Source: Nanohaloarchaea archaeon B1-Br10_U2g19
Lineage (GTDB): Archaea; Nanohalarchaeota; Nanosalinia; Nanosalinales; Nanosalinaceae
Direction: 5' to 3'
DNA: 64,000 nucleotides
Assembly (NCBI GenBank): GCA_001563905.1
Contig: LKMO01000002.1
Location: 3,397 to 67,396 of the forward strand
Each line of letters starts with the position of its first letter. The stretch's first letter is position 1. Positions 49,003 through 59,518 of the stretch are shown piece by piece. A program made the translations under genes and the position numbers. Under the pieces are notes generated by a model. The model ran no database searches and was not told the DNA's origin. It saw only the letters and a list, made by a program, of their open reading frames with translations.

Positions 49003-49019
49003 GGCTAGGAAGAGACATG

Positions 49020-49535
49020 TTAACTACATAAGTCTGCTGTCTCAGCTTCCGTACACTGTTCCAGCTCTTCCGACGTTATCTTAACACCTACGACTCTGGA
49101 GCCGGCAGCCGGTCTAAGATACTCTTTCTCTAGAAGTGTTTCCTGCATATAGACAGGTATACTGAGATCGAAAGGAGATACTCCTCCGACAACGTAACCT
49201 GTCTCATCTTTCACCTCTCCGGGTTTAGCCATTCTCACTTCGGAATCAGTTGTTTCTGAAAGCTTTTCTTCATCTACACGTCTATGACCGGGACATAAAA
49301 CTGCTACAAAACTGTCTCCTGCCTTGAAAACCAGTGTTTTCACTATTTGATCAATCTCAACATCAGAATGCTGTGCAGACTCTTCACAGGTCTCTGATTT
49401 GGCATGTATACGGAACTCAGCCTCCAAACCATTATCTTTACAGAACTCTAATACTCTCCTAACATTTCCTAAGTCTTCTTCTATAAAATCTAAGAACTGG
49501 TCTAACTCGCTGGAGTTCTGTTCGAAATACTTCAT
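49020..49535 (-). CDS. YbaK/EbsC-family aminoacyl-tRNA deacylase
   Basis: IVKTLVF and TGYVVGGVSPF motifs; start moved to ATG 49535 to avoid overlap with rtcA. Confidence 0.88.
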   Translation of the reverse strand: MKYFEQNSSELDQFLDFIEEDLGNVRRVLEFCKDNGLEAEFRIHAKSETCEESAQHSDVEIDQIVKTLVFKAGDSFVAVLCPGHRRVDEEKLSETTDSEVRMAKPGEVKDETGYVVGGVSPFDLSIPVYMQETLLEKEYLRPAAGSRVVGVKITSEELEQCTEAETADLCS

Positions 49536-49581
49536 AAAGAGTTGTTTGGGTTGAAAAACTTTTGAAGACAAACCCTTTCCT

Positions 49582-50592
49582 ATGATTGAGATCGATGGAT
49601 CCAAAGGCGGCGGACAGATACTCCGGACAAGCCTTACATTATCGGCGTTGAGGCAAGAGCCGTTCCGTATAGACAATATTAGAGGTTCGCGACCTAACCC
49701 GGGTCTGAAAAATCAGCATTTGGAAGCAGTAAAAACTGTTCAGAGACTTACTGATGCAGAAGTTAAAGGCGCGAATATAGGGTCTGAAAAGCTAGAATTT
49801 AAACCTAAAACATTGAAAGAAGAATCTTTCACAGTTAATATAGGTACTGCAGGAAGTATAACACTTCTTTTGGATACAGTGCTTCCCTTAGCTGAAAAAC
49901 TTGATTTAAGACTTACGGTTAAAGGAGGGACTGACGTAAAATGGTCTCCAACACTATCCTACTTTAAACACGTTAAACTTCCTTTACTCAAGAAAAAAGG
50001 TTTGAACGCTGAAATAGATTTGGAAAAAACAGGATACTATCCTAAAGGCGGAGGAGAAGCAACTTTACGGCTTGAGAAATCAGATTTGAACTCTTTCAGT
50101 TTAGAGGATAGGGGAGAGCTTCAAAGATTCGAAATATACAGTAAGGCATCTAAAGAACTAGAAGAACAGAGCGTTGCGGATAGACAAGCTGATGAGGTGG
50201 CAAGAATAATTAAAAACTCTCATATCTCCGTGCCTGTAAACAAAGATATTTCTTACGCTGAAACAAGCTCTCCAGGCTCAACACTACTTGTTAAAGCAGT
50301 CTATGAAAACAGTATAGTAGGATTCGATGTCCTAGGCGAGAAAGGAAAAAGATCGGAGAATGTAGCGAAAGAAGCTGTTCAAAAATTTAAGAAGTTCCAT
50401 GCTTCAGAAGCTGTGGTAGATGAGTATATGGCAGACCAGATAATAGTATTCTTGCTAGGATCGGAATCCTGTTTAAAGGGCTTGAAGTCTACTAACCATG
50501 TTCGAACAAATCTAGAAACGGTTAGACAGTTCGGATACACTATTGATGCTGAAGAGGATGAGAAGCTGATTAATCTCCGATCCAGAGTATAG
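49582..50592 (+). CDS. rtcA: RNA 3'-terminal phosphate cyclase
   Basis: IDGS.GGGQILR, PGLKNQH, GYYPKGGG, ADQ and NHVRTN motifs. Confidence 0.93.
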   Translation: MIEIDGSKGGGQILRTSLTLSALRQEPFRIDNIRGSRPNPGLKNQHLEAVKTVQRLTDAEVKGANIGSEKLEFKPKTLKEESFTVNIGTAGSITLLLDTVLPLAEKLDLRLTVKGGTDVKWSPTLSYFKHVKLPLLKKKGLNAEIDLEKTGYYPKGGGEATLRLEKSDLNSFSLEDRGELQRFEIYSKASKELEEQSVADRQADEVARIIKNSHISVPVNKDISYAETSSPGSTLLVKAVYENSIVGFDVLGEKGKRSENVAKEAVQKFKKFHASEAVVDEYMADQIIVFLLGSESCLKGLKSTNHVRTNLETVRQFGYTIDAEEDEKLINLRSRV

Positions 50593-51514
50593 GCATATCT
50601 TCTTCAGACTCCCAGGCCTCACGTCTTATATGGTCGTTGTGGAATCTTCCTTGTAGAGGCTTGTAGTACATGCTTTCGTTCTCTCCACGAGGTGTGGGGA
50701 CATCGTACCTTATGAACTCTCCGTCCTCCTCGTTGAAAAGTAGGTGTTCGAATATTTCGTTGTACTCTGCATCGAAATGAAGTGTATGAACCCTGTCTTC
50801 CTCAAAAGATGATATATGAAGGCTTCTTGTCGGCATTGCCTCTGTATCTCTCATGTAGTTGTATCTTCTTCCACCTAATCCATGTAGTATCTTGTCTTCT
50901 ATAGAACGGGAATAAGGCATATGCACATGATCGTAGATGAACATGTCGGAGTCTTGAAGGCTTGGAGGTATCTCGTTTAACGTGTTCTGGTTAGTATCTT
51001 TATCTACGGAGAAAAGGTTATCTAAAAACTCTGAATCTCTGTAATCAGGAGGTGTAAGATGGTTGTCTCTTCCGTCTTTACGAGGATGGTGTGCTGCCTG
51101 TATTTTCAAACCTTCTATCTCGGTTTCGAATCCTTCGTCAAATATCTCGTAGTCTAGTTCAACATCGAAAGGGTCAGGACTGTTTATCTGTGTCATCCAT
51201 CCTGGTCGCCGGTTTTCACTTGGTTTTTTCTTATCTTCATCACCGGCCACTAGTTTTAACGGTACGTCCTCTTCTATTTGTGTTAGAACGCTGTATACGT
51301 CGTCAAATGTTCCTGTATCTCCTAGGATCCAGATTTCATCGATTTCGTAGTGTTCTGTGTAGTTGTTTATCTGTTCTCCTACTTCTTTGCAGTAGTTTTC
51401 CCTGTGTTTTTCTTCAAAGGCGTGTATTTCGGAGATGTTTAGAACGTTGTAGTTTTCGGATAGGTCGATATCTTCGGGCTCGTAAAGATTTTCTTGAACA
51501 GTCAGAGAAGGCAC
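50570..51514 (-). CDS. Divergent metallophosphoesterase-fold protein
   Basis: ISEIH, LGD, AGDED, AHH and YDHVH in the spacing of calcineurin-like motifs. Confidence 0.6.
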   Translation of the reverse strand: MPSLTVQENLYEPEDIDLSENYNVLNISEIHAFEEKHRENYCKEVGEQINNYTEHYEIDEIWILGDTGTFDDVYSVLTQIEEDVPLKLVAGDEDKKKPSENRRPGWMTQINSPDPFDVELDYEIFDEGFETEIEGLKIQAAHHPRKDGRDNHLTPPDYRDSEFLDNLFSVDKDTNQNTLNEIPPSLQDSDMFIYDHVHMPYSRSIEDKILHGLGGRRYNYMRDTEAMPTRSLHISSFEEDRVHTLHFDAEYNEIFEHLLFNEEDGEFIRYDVPTPRGENESMYYKPLQGRFHNDHIRREAWESEEDMPILWIGD

Positions 51515-51630
51515 CCTTTCTGGTTTGCAGGTTTTCTAAGTAGTCTAAAGGGGTGTGGACCGTTCTCAACCCTGTTCATTAAGTTGTAGTAATAAGAAAG
51601 AAAATTAAATATGTATGGTATGTTATAGCT

Positions 51631-52053
51631 CTACTCTATATCGATGTTCCATTCGTCGTCGCTTTCTTCTGTTTCCGCTTCTACTGTTAGAACGCCGTCT
51701 TCGTACTTTGCTTTGATTGTCTCTGGATCGATATCTGTCGGCCATGCGACTCTACGGTTGTACTTTCTGCTGCTTCTTTCTTTTCTGAAGTATTTCTCGT
51801 TCTCCTCTTTGATCTCTTGTTTGCTTTCTGCTGAGATCTCTACACCGTTTTCATCTGCTTTGAGGCTGATGTCTTCTTTCTGTACTCCTGGTAGGTCGGC
51901 TGTTAGAACTAGTTTTCCTTCTTCTTCGATAATGTTGACTGCTACGTTACTTCCTAGCTCAAGCTCTTTACCGTAGCTCTGGAACTGGTTGAACATGCTT
52001 TGGAACTGGTCAAAGACGTTGTCGAACCGGTCGTTTCTGTTCATTTTTTTCAT
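51631..52053 (-). CDS. Small heat shock protein (Hsp20)
   Basis: ADLPGV and AKYEDGVLTV alpha-crystallin motifs; ATG 52053 after GGTGA. Confidence 0.92.
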   Translation of the reverse strand: MKKMNRNDRFDNVFDQFQSMFNQFQSYGKELELGSNVAVNIIEEEGKLVLTADLPGVQKEDISLKADENGVEISAESKQEIKEENEKYFRKERSSRKYNRRVAWPTDIDPETIKAKYEDGVLTVEAETEESDDEWNIDIE

Positions 52054-52097
52054 TGTGTTTTGATTCACCTTCGTTTTATAGACATGTATAAAAACTT

Positions 52098-52289
52098 TTA
52101 TTGGTTTCCTTTCTCCGCAACCTTTTTCAGAAACTTGATCTGTTTATGTATCTCTTGTATTAGGTCTTCTGCCGACTCCTGTTTCGAAGTCAGTGTCTCG
52201 CCATCGTTCTCCTCTTCTATCTTATGAAGCTCTTTCTCAGTATCATCGACACGGTGCTCGATATCTTCTAGGAGTTTTTCGGGATCCAT
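52098..52289 (-). CDS. Small coiled-coil hypothetical protein
   Basis: 63-aa acidic helical ORF with ATG start. Confidence 0.6.
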   Translation of the reverse strand: MDPEKLLEDIEHRVDDTEKELHKIEEENDGETLTSKQESAEDLIQEIHKQIKFLKKVAEKGNQ

Positions 52290-52369
52290 AAAAACAGTTT
52301 TAGAACTCGACCATTATCATACTTGCTATAACACATAAGATATTAATTTGTAAGAGTTGAATCAGTAAA

Positions 52370-53074
52370 ATGATGTCGACAAACTCTATAAATCCCAGTT
52401 CAGTTTATGAAGCAAACTCAATGGATACTAAGGACTCAACATTAAATCACAGGTTCTATTCAAATTTCGAATCTGAAGAAGTAGATGCAATACTATTAGA
52501 TTACAATCCTATCATCCACGGAATAAACAGGACAGAATGGTGCGTTGATACACCGTTGGCAGAGACTGTAGAAGAAGAATTAAGCTCAGTAATGAAAGAA
52601 GAGTTCGAAGATAACTGGGACAACGAACTAGAGATCTACTCCGACCAAGAAAACCTAACTGACGTATACGACATGGTTGACGCTGCAAAAGAGAACGACA
52701 TCCCTGTATATACACCGGACAACATGTTCGGAAAAGTTTTGAGAGTATTAGACAGTCCAAAATACCCTGATAAAAGAGCTGCACAAGAAACAATCCAAAG
52801 CTCGGTTTTCAACTATTTAGCCTCAAATACGAGAGCTGTAAGATTTACAGAAAACTTCAGAGATGTTCTAAACGGTGTTTACAACGGCAAACATCCGGAG
52901 AAACGTAGACCTGACGAAGACAGAACACTGTCCAAACTAGCCAGAGATAAAAACGCGGTAGTGGCAACATACGATACTGACTTTGTCGACAGCTTTGCAT
53001 TAGCCGAAGGCTTTACACCTAAACAGCTCGCATATATGGTCAGAGATCAGAATGAAGAGAGCCACCAAGGTTAG
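52370..53074 (+). CDS. PIN-domain-like protein
   Basis: ILLDYN at the N-terminus; DEDRTL..LA...NAVVATYDTDF at the C-terminus. Confidence 0.55.
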   Translation: MMSTNSINPSSVYEANSMDTKDSTLNHRFYSNFESEEVDAILLDYNPIIHGINRTEWCVDTPLAETVEEELSSVMKEEFEDNWDNELEIYSDQENLTDVYDMVDAAKENDIPVYTPDNMFGKVLRVLDSPKYPDKRAAQETIQSSVFNYLASNTRAVRFTENFRDVLNGVYNGKHPEKRRPDEDRTLSKLARDKNAVVATYDTDFVDSFALAEGFTPKQLAYMVRDQNEESHQG

Positions 53075-53264
53075 AAAGAAGGCAGAAGAGATAATAGAGA
53101 AAGGCGAAAAGCCGTCAGCCACACGTATAAGCCAGGAACTAGAGTTCGGGACGCCGGATGTACACCGGTGTCTCAACTACTTAGAGAAAAACAAGGAGAT
53201 TGAAACATACCGTAGAAAGGTTCTAGGAAAGGATTACAGGATGGTCGGCGTTAAAAGAAACTAG
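53052..53264 (+). CDS. Small winged-helix DNA-binding protein
   Basis: SATRISQEL...DVHRCLNYLEK; basic. Confidence 0.7.
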   Translation: MKRATKVRKKAEEIIEKGEKPSATRISQELEFGTPDVHRCLNYLEKNKEIETYRRKVLGKDYRMVGVKRN

Positions 53265-53266
53265 GA

Positions 53267-53284
53267 TATATCGGTACCGATATA
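53267..53284. promoter_or_regulatory. Perfect 18-bp palindrome overlapping a TATA box; probable PadR operator
   Basis: TATATCGGTACCGATATA followed by AAAG, 26 nt before the PadR start. Confidence 0.65.
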
Positions 53285-53310
53285 AAAGAAAGTTGTTCTA
53301 AACAGTAACT

Positions 53311-53808
53311 GTGAAGGGAAATCTCAAACTATTAGCCCTAAAATACCTGAAAAACCAAGGAGAACTCTCAGGAACAGAAATAATAGAAAAAGTAGAAAAA
53401 GGAACAGGCTGGACTCCTTCGCCAGGAACGCTCTACCCTTTACTCGACAAACTAGACAAAGAAGGGCTTCTAGAATCCGAGAAAAAAGGTAGAAGCAGAA
53501 AGTTCAGTATAACAGATAAAGGTGAAGAAAAGTTTACGGAGTTCCAAGAAGAACAAGAAAAGTACTGGGGACAGGTAATTCAGAGCCTTAGAAACTACAA
53601 AGAGATGTTCGACGAAGAAGAGCTCGAAGACTTCATCTACCAGCTAGAACAAGCCAAACAAGGAAACTACGAGATACCGTATCCAAAGATGCTGTGCTAC
53701 CGAATAATAGATAGTATAAAAGACTATGAAGAGAAAAGTCCGGAAGAACAGCAGAAAATCAATGAAACCCTTGAAAACACTTTAGAAACGGTAGAAGACC
53801 TGAAATGA
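53311..53808 (+). CDS. PadR-family transcriptional regulator
   Basis: WTPSPGTLYPLL..L..EGL...RKFSITDKG motif. Confidence 0.9.
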   Translation: MKGNLKLLALKYLKNQGELSGTEIIEKVEKGTGWTPSPGTLYPLLDKLDKEGLLESEKKGRSRKFSITDKGEEKFTEFQEEQEKYWGQVIQSLRNYKEMFDEEELEDFIYQLEQAKQGNYEIPYPKMLCYRIIDSIKDYEEKSPEEQQKINETLENTLETVEDLK

Positions 53809-54506
53809 CTGAGATAAAACTTGAAAAAGTGTTCAAAGAGTATGAAATGGGCGAGACATTAGTACAAGCCCTTAGAGGAGTAGATCTTACAATAGAAGAA
53901 GGAGACTTCGCAGCAATAATGGGTCCCAGCGGCTCAGGAAAATCAACTCTCATGAACATGGTAGGGGCTTTAGACAAGCCTACAAGAGGAAAAGTACTTT
54001 TCGAAGACAAAGATATCTCCAAGTACTCAGAAAACCAGTTAGCAATGCTTAGAGGTAGGGAAGTAGGCTTCGTATTCCAGAAGTTTAATCTGATTCCGAC
54101 AATGACAGCTCTAGAAAACGTTGCTTTACCGATGCTTTTCCAAGAGAAACCTAAAACTTATAGAGAGAAAAGAGCCGCAGAGCTGCTTGAGGAAGTAGAG
54201 CTAGGTGATCGATTAAGCCATTATCCTAACGAACTGTCCGGCGGACAGCAGCAAAGAGTTTCTATAGCAAGAGCGCTTGCAAACGATCCTGAAATAATCT
54301 TGGCTGACGAACCTACAGGAAACCTAGACAGTAAAACAGGGGAGAAAGTGATGAACCTTCTAACAAAGCTTAACCAAGAAGAGAAAAAGACGATTATTAT
54401 GGTTACACACGATCAAAACGATGCAGATTATGCAGATTATACAATAAACATTAAAGACGGTCAAACAACCACAACAAACAATACTAAAGAGGCTAAACAA
54501 AAATGA
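53805..54506 (+). CDS. ABC transporter ATP-binding protein (LolD/MacB-like)
   Basis: [16 protein letters not shown] and ADEPTGNLD motifs. Confidence 0.93.
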   Translation: MTEIKLEKVFKEYEMGETLVQALRGVDLTIEEGDFAAIMGPSGSGKSTLMNMVGALDKPTRGKVLFEDKDISKYSENQLAMLRGREVGFVFQKFNLIPTMTALENVALPMLFQEKPKTYREKRAAELLEEVELGDRLSHYPNELSGGQQQRVSIARALANDPEIILADEPTGNLDSKTGEKVMNLLTKLNQEEKKTIIMVTHDQNDADYADYTINIKDGQTTTTNNTKEAKQK

Positions 54507-55708
54507 GAAAACACTTAATCTTGATTACAGCAGCAGTTTTCTTCGCAACCTTTACGGCGGCGCAAGGGAGCAGCGTAAATCTTGAAACCGAACTAGTTAC
54601 AAAAGAACCTACACCCTTACAGGCAGGGGAGTACGCTAATGTCTGGATAGAGATACAGAACACGGGTAGTGCCGAAGCAAGAGATGTTGACTTAGAGTTT
54701 AAAGAAAACTATCCGTTCAAAATTGAAGAAGGAGAACGGAAATCCTGGAGCTTTGATAGTTTAGAGAGAGGAGAATCACGTCAAGTCCGTGCACAAGTAA
54801 GAGTAGACCAAAAAGCTGTACAAGGAGAGAACAAGCTTAAACTCCGTACAGAAACACGGCAAGGAGTAGGACTGACACATGAAATACCTGTAGAAGTCCG
54901 TGTAGACGACACATCACTAATCGTAAACGGTATCGACTTCCCGGAAAGGGTTCCGCCAGGATCAACTCATACAATGGACATAGAGTTAGAAAACCTGGCT
55001 AACGGCTACTTCAGAAACATTGACGTTAACGCCAATATAGAGGACGAGGATCTGACTACAATAGGATCTTCACGTGAAAGAGTTTCCCTTATTGATCCTT
55101 TATCAACAGAGACAGTCTCTTTCGACATAAACGTTGATGAGGATGCAGATAACGGAGTTTACCGAGTACCACTAGATTTCAGATACCAGAACGAAGTCGG
55201 AGATGAGATAGAAGTAACACAGACAACAGGACTAGTAGTAGGCGGACAACCAACACTTGATGTAGGTATAGAGGAGACAGATATCCGTACAGCAGGAGTA
55301 AGAGATACAGTCACTTTCAACATTATCAACAAAGGAGATGGACAAGCAAGCTTTGTAGACTTCCATTTAGAAGAATCTGAGGACTATGATGTAATCTCGG
55401 AGAACAACGAGTACTTAGGAAGCATGATTTCTGATGACTATCAGACAGCAGAGTTCGAAGTATACGTTGAAGACGGTATAGAGACACTGGAGTTTCCTGT
55501 AACTCTAGAGTATCAGAACGAGCAAGGTGAGAGAACCAACCAGACAGTTAACGTTGAAAGAAGACTTTTCACAAGCGATGAACTCGATAGATACGGTTTA
55601 TCTGATAGAGGAAGTAATATAGCAGTTATAGCAGTCGTACTAGTTTTACTGGGGGGAGGCGTCTACTACTGGAGAAAGAGAAAAGCTAAGGACGAAGCGC
55701 TTGAATAA
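54503..55708 (+). CDS. COG1361 S-layer-domain surface protein
   Basis: Signal peptide, repeated NxG Ig-like domains, C-terminal TM plus basic tail; typical ABC-cluster context. Confidence 0.8.
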   Translation: MRKHLILITAAVFFATFTAAQGSSVNLETELVTKEPTPLQAGEYANVWIEIQNTGSAEARDVDLEFKENYPFKIEEGERKSWSFDSLERGESRQVRAQVRVDQKAVQGENKLKLRTETRQGVGLTHEIPVEVRVDDTSLIVNGIDFPERVPPGSTHTMDIELENLANGYFRNIDVNANIEDEDLTTIGSSRERVSLIDPLSTETVSFDINVDEDADNGVYRVPLDFRYQNEVGDEIEVTQTTGLVVGGQPTLDVGIEETDIRTAGVRDTVTFNIINKGDGQASFVDFHLEESEDYDVISENNEYLGSMISDDYQTAEFEVYVEDGIETLEFPVTLEYQNEQGERTNQTVNVERRLFTSDELDRYGLSDRGSNIAVIAVVLVLLGGGVYYWRKRKAKDEALE

Positions 55709-55793
55709 AAAAAGAGAGCTAATTTCTCTCTATTAATTTTCTTTCTCCTACTATAAAACACGATAAAAAGAGGTTGAAAAACGTAAAAGAACG

Positions 55794-56999
55794 ATGTACT
55801 CTGAACTAACAAGACTTTCAGTTAGAAACATTAGAAACCAGAGCGCAAGATCCTGGTTAACAGCTATAGGAGTAGTAATAGGTATAATGGCTGTTGTAGC
55901 ACTGATTTCTTTAGGACAAGCCTTGGAGTACACTGTTGAAAGAGAGTTTGAAGACCTAGGAACAGAAACAATATTCATAACAGAAGGAGAAGGACTACAA
56001 GGCTTTTTTGTAGCAGGAGGACTTGACAACCATGACCTAGAAGTTATAAGAAATGCTAGAGGCGTTGACACCGCAGGACCAGGATACTACGGTTCAACTA
56101 CAGCAACATTTCAGGGACAAAATGAGAGAGTACCGGTTATAGGTATTCCTACTGACGAGTCTCAGACCCGTTTTATGAGCTCTCAGGCAATGGCTGTCGA
56201 TACAGGCAGAAATCTTAGAGATACCGACCAGAACAATATACTGGTTGGCGGTAACCTAGCAGACGACTACTTCGACTCCTCTGTAAGTCTTAGAAGTCAG
56301 ATAAGAGCAGGAGGAGCCGATCTAAGGGTAGTAGGTATTATGGAGATGACGGGTGATCCTGAGTTCGATAACGCTATAGTAATGCCTATTGATAGAGCTA
56401 GAGATCTGTTTGAAGGCGGTGAGGAAGTAACGAACTATATTGTTGCGTTCCCACAACAAGGTTTAGAGCCTAGGGATGTTGCTGACAACATTGAAGAGGC
56501 TATGCGTAGAGATAGAGGACAGGCTCCGGGAGATGAAGACTTCACTGTCTCTACTTCCGACGATCTTCTTGAAACGTTTTCAAACGTTATAGGTTCAGTA
56601 CAAGCAGTTGTCATCGGTTTAGCCTCAATATCTTTGCTTGTAGGAGGAATCGGGATTATGAACACGATGTACATGTCAGTAACAGAGAGAACACAGGAAA
56701 TAGGAGTTATGAAAGCGATAGGCGCCCAGAAAAAACAGATAAAAACAATATTTTTACTTGAATCAGGGCTGATAGGGCTTCTAGGAGGTATAGTAGGTAT
56801 AATACTTGGACTAGGTATAAGCGAGCTAGCAATATATATTATCAACTTTTACGTAGACATAGAGTTTGTATCAACATACTCTATAACACTTATAACAGGA
56901 GTACTAACTTTCTCATTCCTTATAGGTATGCTTTCAGGTTACTTACCTGCTAGACAGGCGGCAGAACTTGAACCGGTGGAGGCGTTGAGAGAAGAATGA
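55794..56999 (+). CDS. ABC transporter permease (MacB/FtsX family)
   Basis: LTAIGVVIG, GGIGIMNTM and ERTQEIGVMKAIGA motifs. Confidence 0.92.
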   Translation: MYSELTRLSVRNIRNQSARSWLTAIGVVIGIMAVVALISLGQALEYTVEREFEDLGTETIFITEGEGLQGFFVAGGLDNHDLEVIRNARGVDTAGPGYYGSTTATFQGQNERVPVIGIPTDESQTRFMSSQAMAVDTGRNLRDTDQNNILVGGNLADDYFDSSVSLRSQIRAGGADLRVVGIMEMTGDPEFDNAIVMPIDRARDLFEGGEEVTNYIVAFPQQGLEPRDVADNIEEAMRRDRGQAPGDEDFTVSTSDDLLETFSNVIGSVQAVVIGLASISLLVGGIGIMNTMYMSVTERTQEIGVMKAIGAQKKQIKTIFLLESGLIGLLGGIVGIILGLGISELAIYIINFYVDIEFVSTYSITLITGVLTFSFLIGMLSGYLPARQAAELEPVEALREE

Positions 57000-58183
57000 G
57001 CTTAGAACTTTACACACGTCTGTTCAAACTTTCCGCTAGAAATATACGTCGAAGAGGTAAAAGAACCTGGCTAACCGTTATAGGAGTAGTAATAGGTGTA
57101 GCAGCTATAATAGCACTGGTTTCGCTTGGTCAAGGACTTGAAGCCTCGATAGTTGAAGAGTTTGAAGACTTAGGAGCCGACAATATATACGTCTCTCCTA
57201 GCGGAGGAGATCTTACCGACAGCGATATACAGGTGATAGAGAGAGCACAAGGAGTAGATACCGCAACAGGATCCTATACAAGTACTGCTGAAGCCAGCTT
57301 CAGAGGCGACACACAGAACCTTAACATACAAGGTGTTGATCCTCGAAATATAGACGTCTTTATGTCGGGTCAAGGCCTAGAACTAAGTCAGGGTAGAGAG
57401 TTAAGACCTAATGATGTAAGAAACGGTGTTATAGGTGCAAGGGTTGTAGACGATACCTTTGAACAGAGTCCGGGTATAAGAAGCCAGATAGATATACAAG
57501 ATGAGCGTTACACAACTATTGGAATACTTGCGGAGGCAGGCGATCCTCAGTTTGAAAGAACAATCCTTATACCTCTTGATTCAGCTAGAAACTTGTTTGA
57601 TGCAGATGATAGCTTAACACAGATAACGGTAAGGATTCAGACCGGTTTTGAGCTTGATGAGGTACAGGATAATATTGAGGAGGAGATGAGAAGGGATAGA
57701 AACCTTCAGGAAGGAGATGAAGACTTCGACTTAACCACAGCTCAAGACATACTTGACTCACTTACAACAATACTTACGGTTGTACAGGGAATAGTGGTAG
57801 GTATAGCTTCAATCGCATTACTTGTAGGCGGGATCGGAATCATGAACACGATGTACATGTCTATAACCGAGAGAACCCGGGAAATAGGTGTTATGAAAGC
57901 TATTGGTGCACGTAAAAAACATATTACATCGGTTTTCCTTTTTGAAGCAGGTATAATAGGTACTATAGGAAGTCTTATCGGCTTAGTAATCGGACTGGGT
58001 TTAAGCAACGGCTCGATCTATATTATAAACGAGTTCACAGATTTCAGAGCTGTACAGGTCTACAGTCCTGAACTGGTTCTTGGAGCAATCTTCTTCGGTT
58101 TCATATTGGGAGTGGTTTCCGGTATACTTCCTTCATGGAAAGCAGCTAACATGGATCCAGCGGAGTCACTTAGATACGAATAA
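56996..58183 (+). CDS. ABC transporter permease (MacB/FtsX family), paralog
   Basis: Same motifs as the upstream permease. Confidence 0.92.
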   Translation: MSLELYTRLFKLSARNIRRRGKRTWLTVIGVVIGVAAIIALVSLGQGLEASIVEEFEDLGADNIYVSPSGGDLTDSDIQVIERAQGVDTATGSYTSTAEASFRGDTQNLNIQGVDPRNIDVFMSGQGLELSQGRELRPNDVRNGVIGARVVDDTFEQSPGIRSQIDIQDERYTTIGILAEAGDPQFERTILIPLDSARNLFDADDSLTQITVRIQTGFELDEVQDNIEEEMRRDRNLQEGDEDFDLTTAQDILDSLTTILTVVQGIVVGIASIALLVGGIGIMNTMYMSITERTREIGVMKAIGARKKHITSVFLFEAGIIGTIGSLIGLVIGLGLSNGSIYIINEFTDFRAVQVYSPELVLGAIFFGFILGVVSGILPSWKAANMDPAESLRYE

Positions 58184-58237
58184 GTTCTAAAGGGATTTCA
58201 AACGGTTTATACCGCGTTGTAAACTGTTTTGAGGCCG

Positions 58238-58612
58238 TTAGTTGTCCATTGTATAACGTAGCAGTGCTTCTTCTAATTCGTTAGGTGGTGCGCCTTTAAC
58301 ACGTTCTACCCGGGCTTTGCTTTCAGGATAGTCTGAGGTATCCCAGTACGTGAAGCTGTAGTTGTAGGTCTGGAGCTGTAGACTATCAAGCTCTGAACCT
58401 CCGAGAAGTATATCTACGTCTCCGTAAAGCTCTTCTTCTCCTACCATGTAGAAGCCGATATGGAGGTCTTCGTTGTTGCTCCAGGACTGGTTGGAGGGGT
58501 AGAGAGTAGCAAACTCTTTGTCTTTCTCCTCTTCCTCAAGTATATGGAGTGCTTCAGACAGCTCAGTACTACTTGACTCAAGTATCCATGTGGTTAAGGC
58601 GGTACTTTCCAT
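58238..58612 (-). CDS. Hypothetical protein
   Basis: 124-aa acidic ORF. Confidence 0.55.
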   Translation of the reverse strand: MESTALTTWILESSSTELSEALHILEEEEKDKEFATLYPSNQSWSNNEDLHIGFYMVGEEELYGDVDILLGGSELDSLQLQTYNYSFTYWDTSDYPESKARVERVKGAPPNELEEALLRYTMDN

Positions 58613-58705
58613 AGCATGTAATTGGTTGGAGGTGGTTTAAGAAGAATCTACGTAGTAAAGTAGATAAAAAAAGAGAGTGTTCTAACAGGAGTCTCTTACC
58701 TGATC

Positions 58706-59377
58706 TTACTGCTCTACCATTAACTGGTTGAAGTCGTCCTGACCTACTTCGCTGGTATTGATACGGATCTTCTGCTCTCCGTCAAGTCTTTCCTCGTTTT
58801 CGTGGTACTCTGCTAAGAAGTTAGCTGCATCCATTGTGGCCTGGCTGCTGTAACCGGCTACTATCAAAGCGTCCTGGTCTTCCTGAAACGCGTCTTCAAC
58901 AAGCTTTATTATTGCTTCATCTTGTTCGAACTCGTCGTGGCTTGGAACGTCCCCGTTCTCAGCCAGTTGTTGTGTTAGCTCGTTGACTTGTGGACCTCCT
59001 ACAAGGATCATATCTTGTTCGATCATTTCTTCGTTGATGTTTCCTGTCGAATAGAGCCCTATATCGTTGTAGTTCTGGTTGGGAACTATGTTCTCATCTT
59101 CTAAATCGCTGGAACTGTGTTCTGATGCTGCTTCACTGAGGCTTCCTACAATGTTCACTGCTCCGATGGTATCCATGGTCTTGGCTTCATCTCCTACCAC
59201 TACTGCGGTTTCTACGTCTCCATCATCGTTTATAAAGTTTTGAGGGAACTCTCCTAAGTCTTGAGCCGCTACGGCTCCACCGGCTATAACTGCTACTACG
59301 GTTCCTATAACGCATACCTGGAACAGTGCTCCTGCTTTTTCTACAATTTCTTCTAAGTCGTTCATATCACATCCCAC
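58706..59377 (-). CDS. Short S-layer-like protein (Methanococcales-type N- and C-terminal motifs)
   Basis: Hydrophobic N-terminus; VVVGDEA..D, ILVGGPQVNELT and ALIVAGYS motifs. Confidence 0.7.
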   Translation of the reverse strand: MGCDMNDLEEIVEKAGALFQVCVIGTVVAVIAGGAVAAQDLGEFPQNFINDDGDVETAVVVGDEAKTMDTIGAVNIVGSLSEAASEHSSSDLEDENIVPNQNYNDIGLYSTGNINEEMIEQDMILVGGPQVNELTQQLAENGDVPSHDEFEQDEAIIKLVEDAFQEDQDALIVAGYSSQATMDAANFLAEYHENEERLDGEQKIRINTSEVGQDDFNQLMVEQ

Positions 59378-59518
59378 CCATCATAAGACACAGATTTCAC
59401 GGCCACAATATAAACGATTGTTATACTCGAAAACACGATAAGACGCGGTCACAACAGTTCGATTGATATATACAGTCCGTAGAAACAGTTAGAGAAAAAG
59501 AAAAAACAGGTATAGAAA

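Noticed and set aside
55794..58183. Tandem similar permease genes as a recent duplication
   Set aside because: Paired MacB-type permeases with a COG1361 protein are a common archaeal arrangement, and the copies are well diverged
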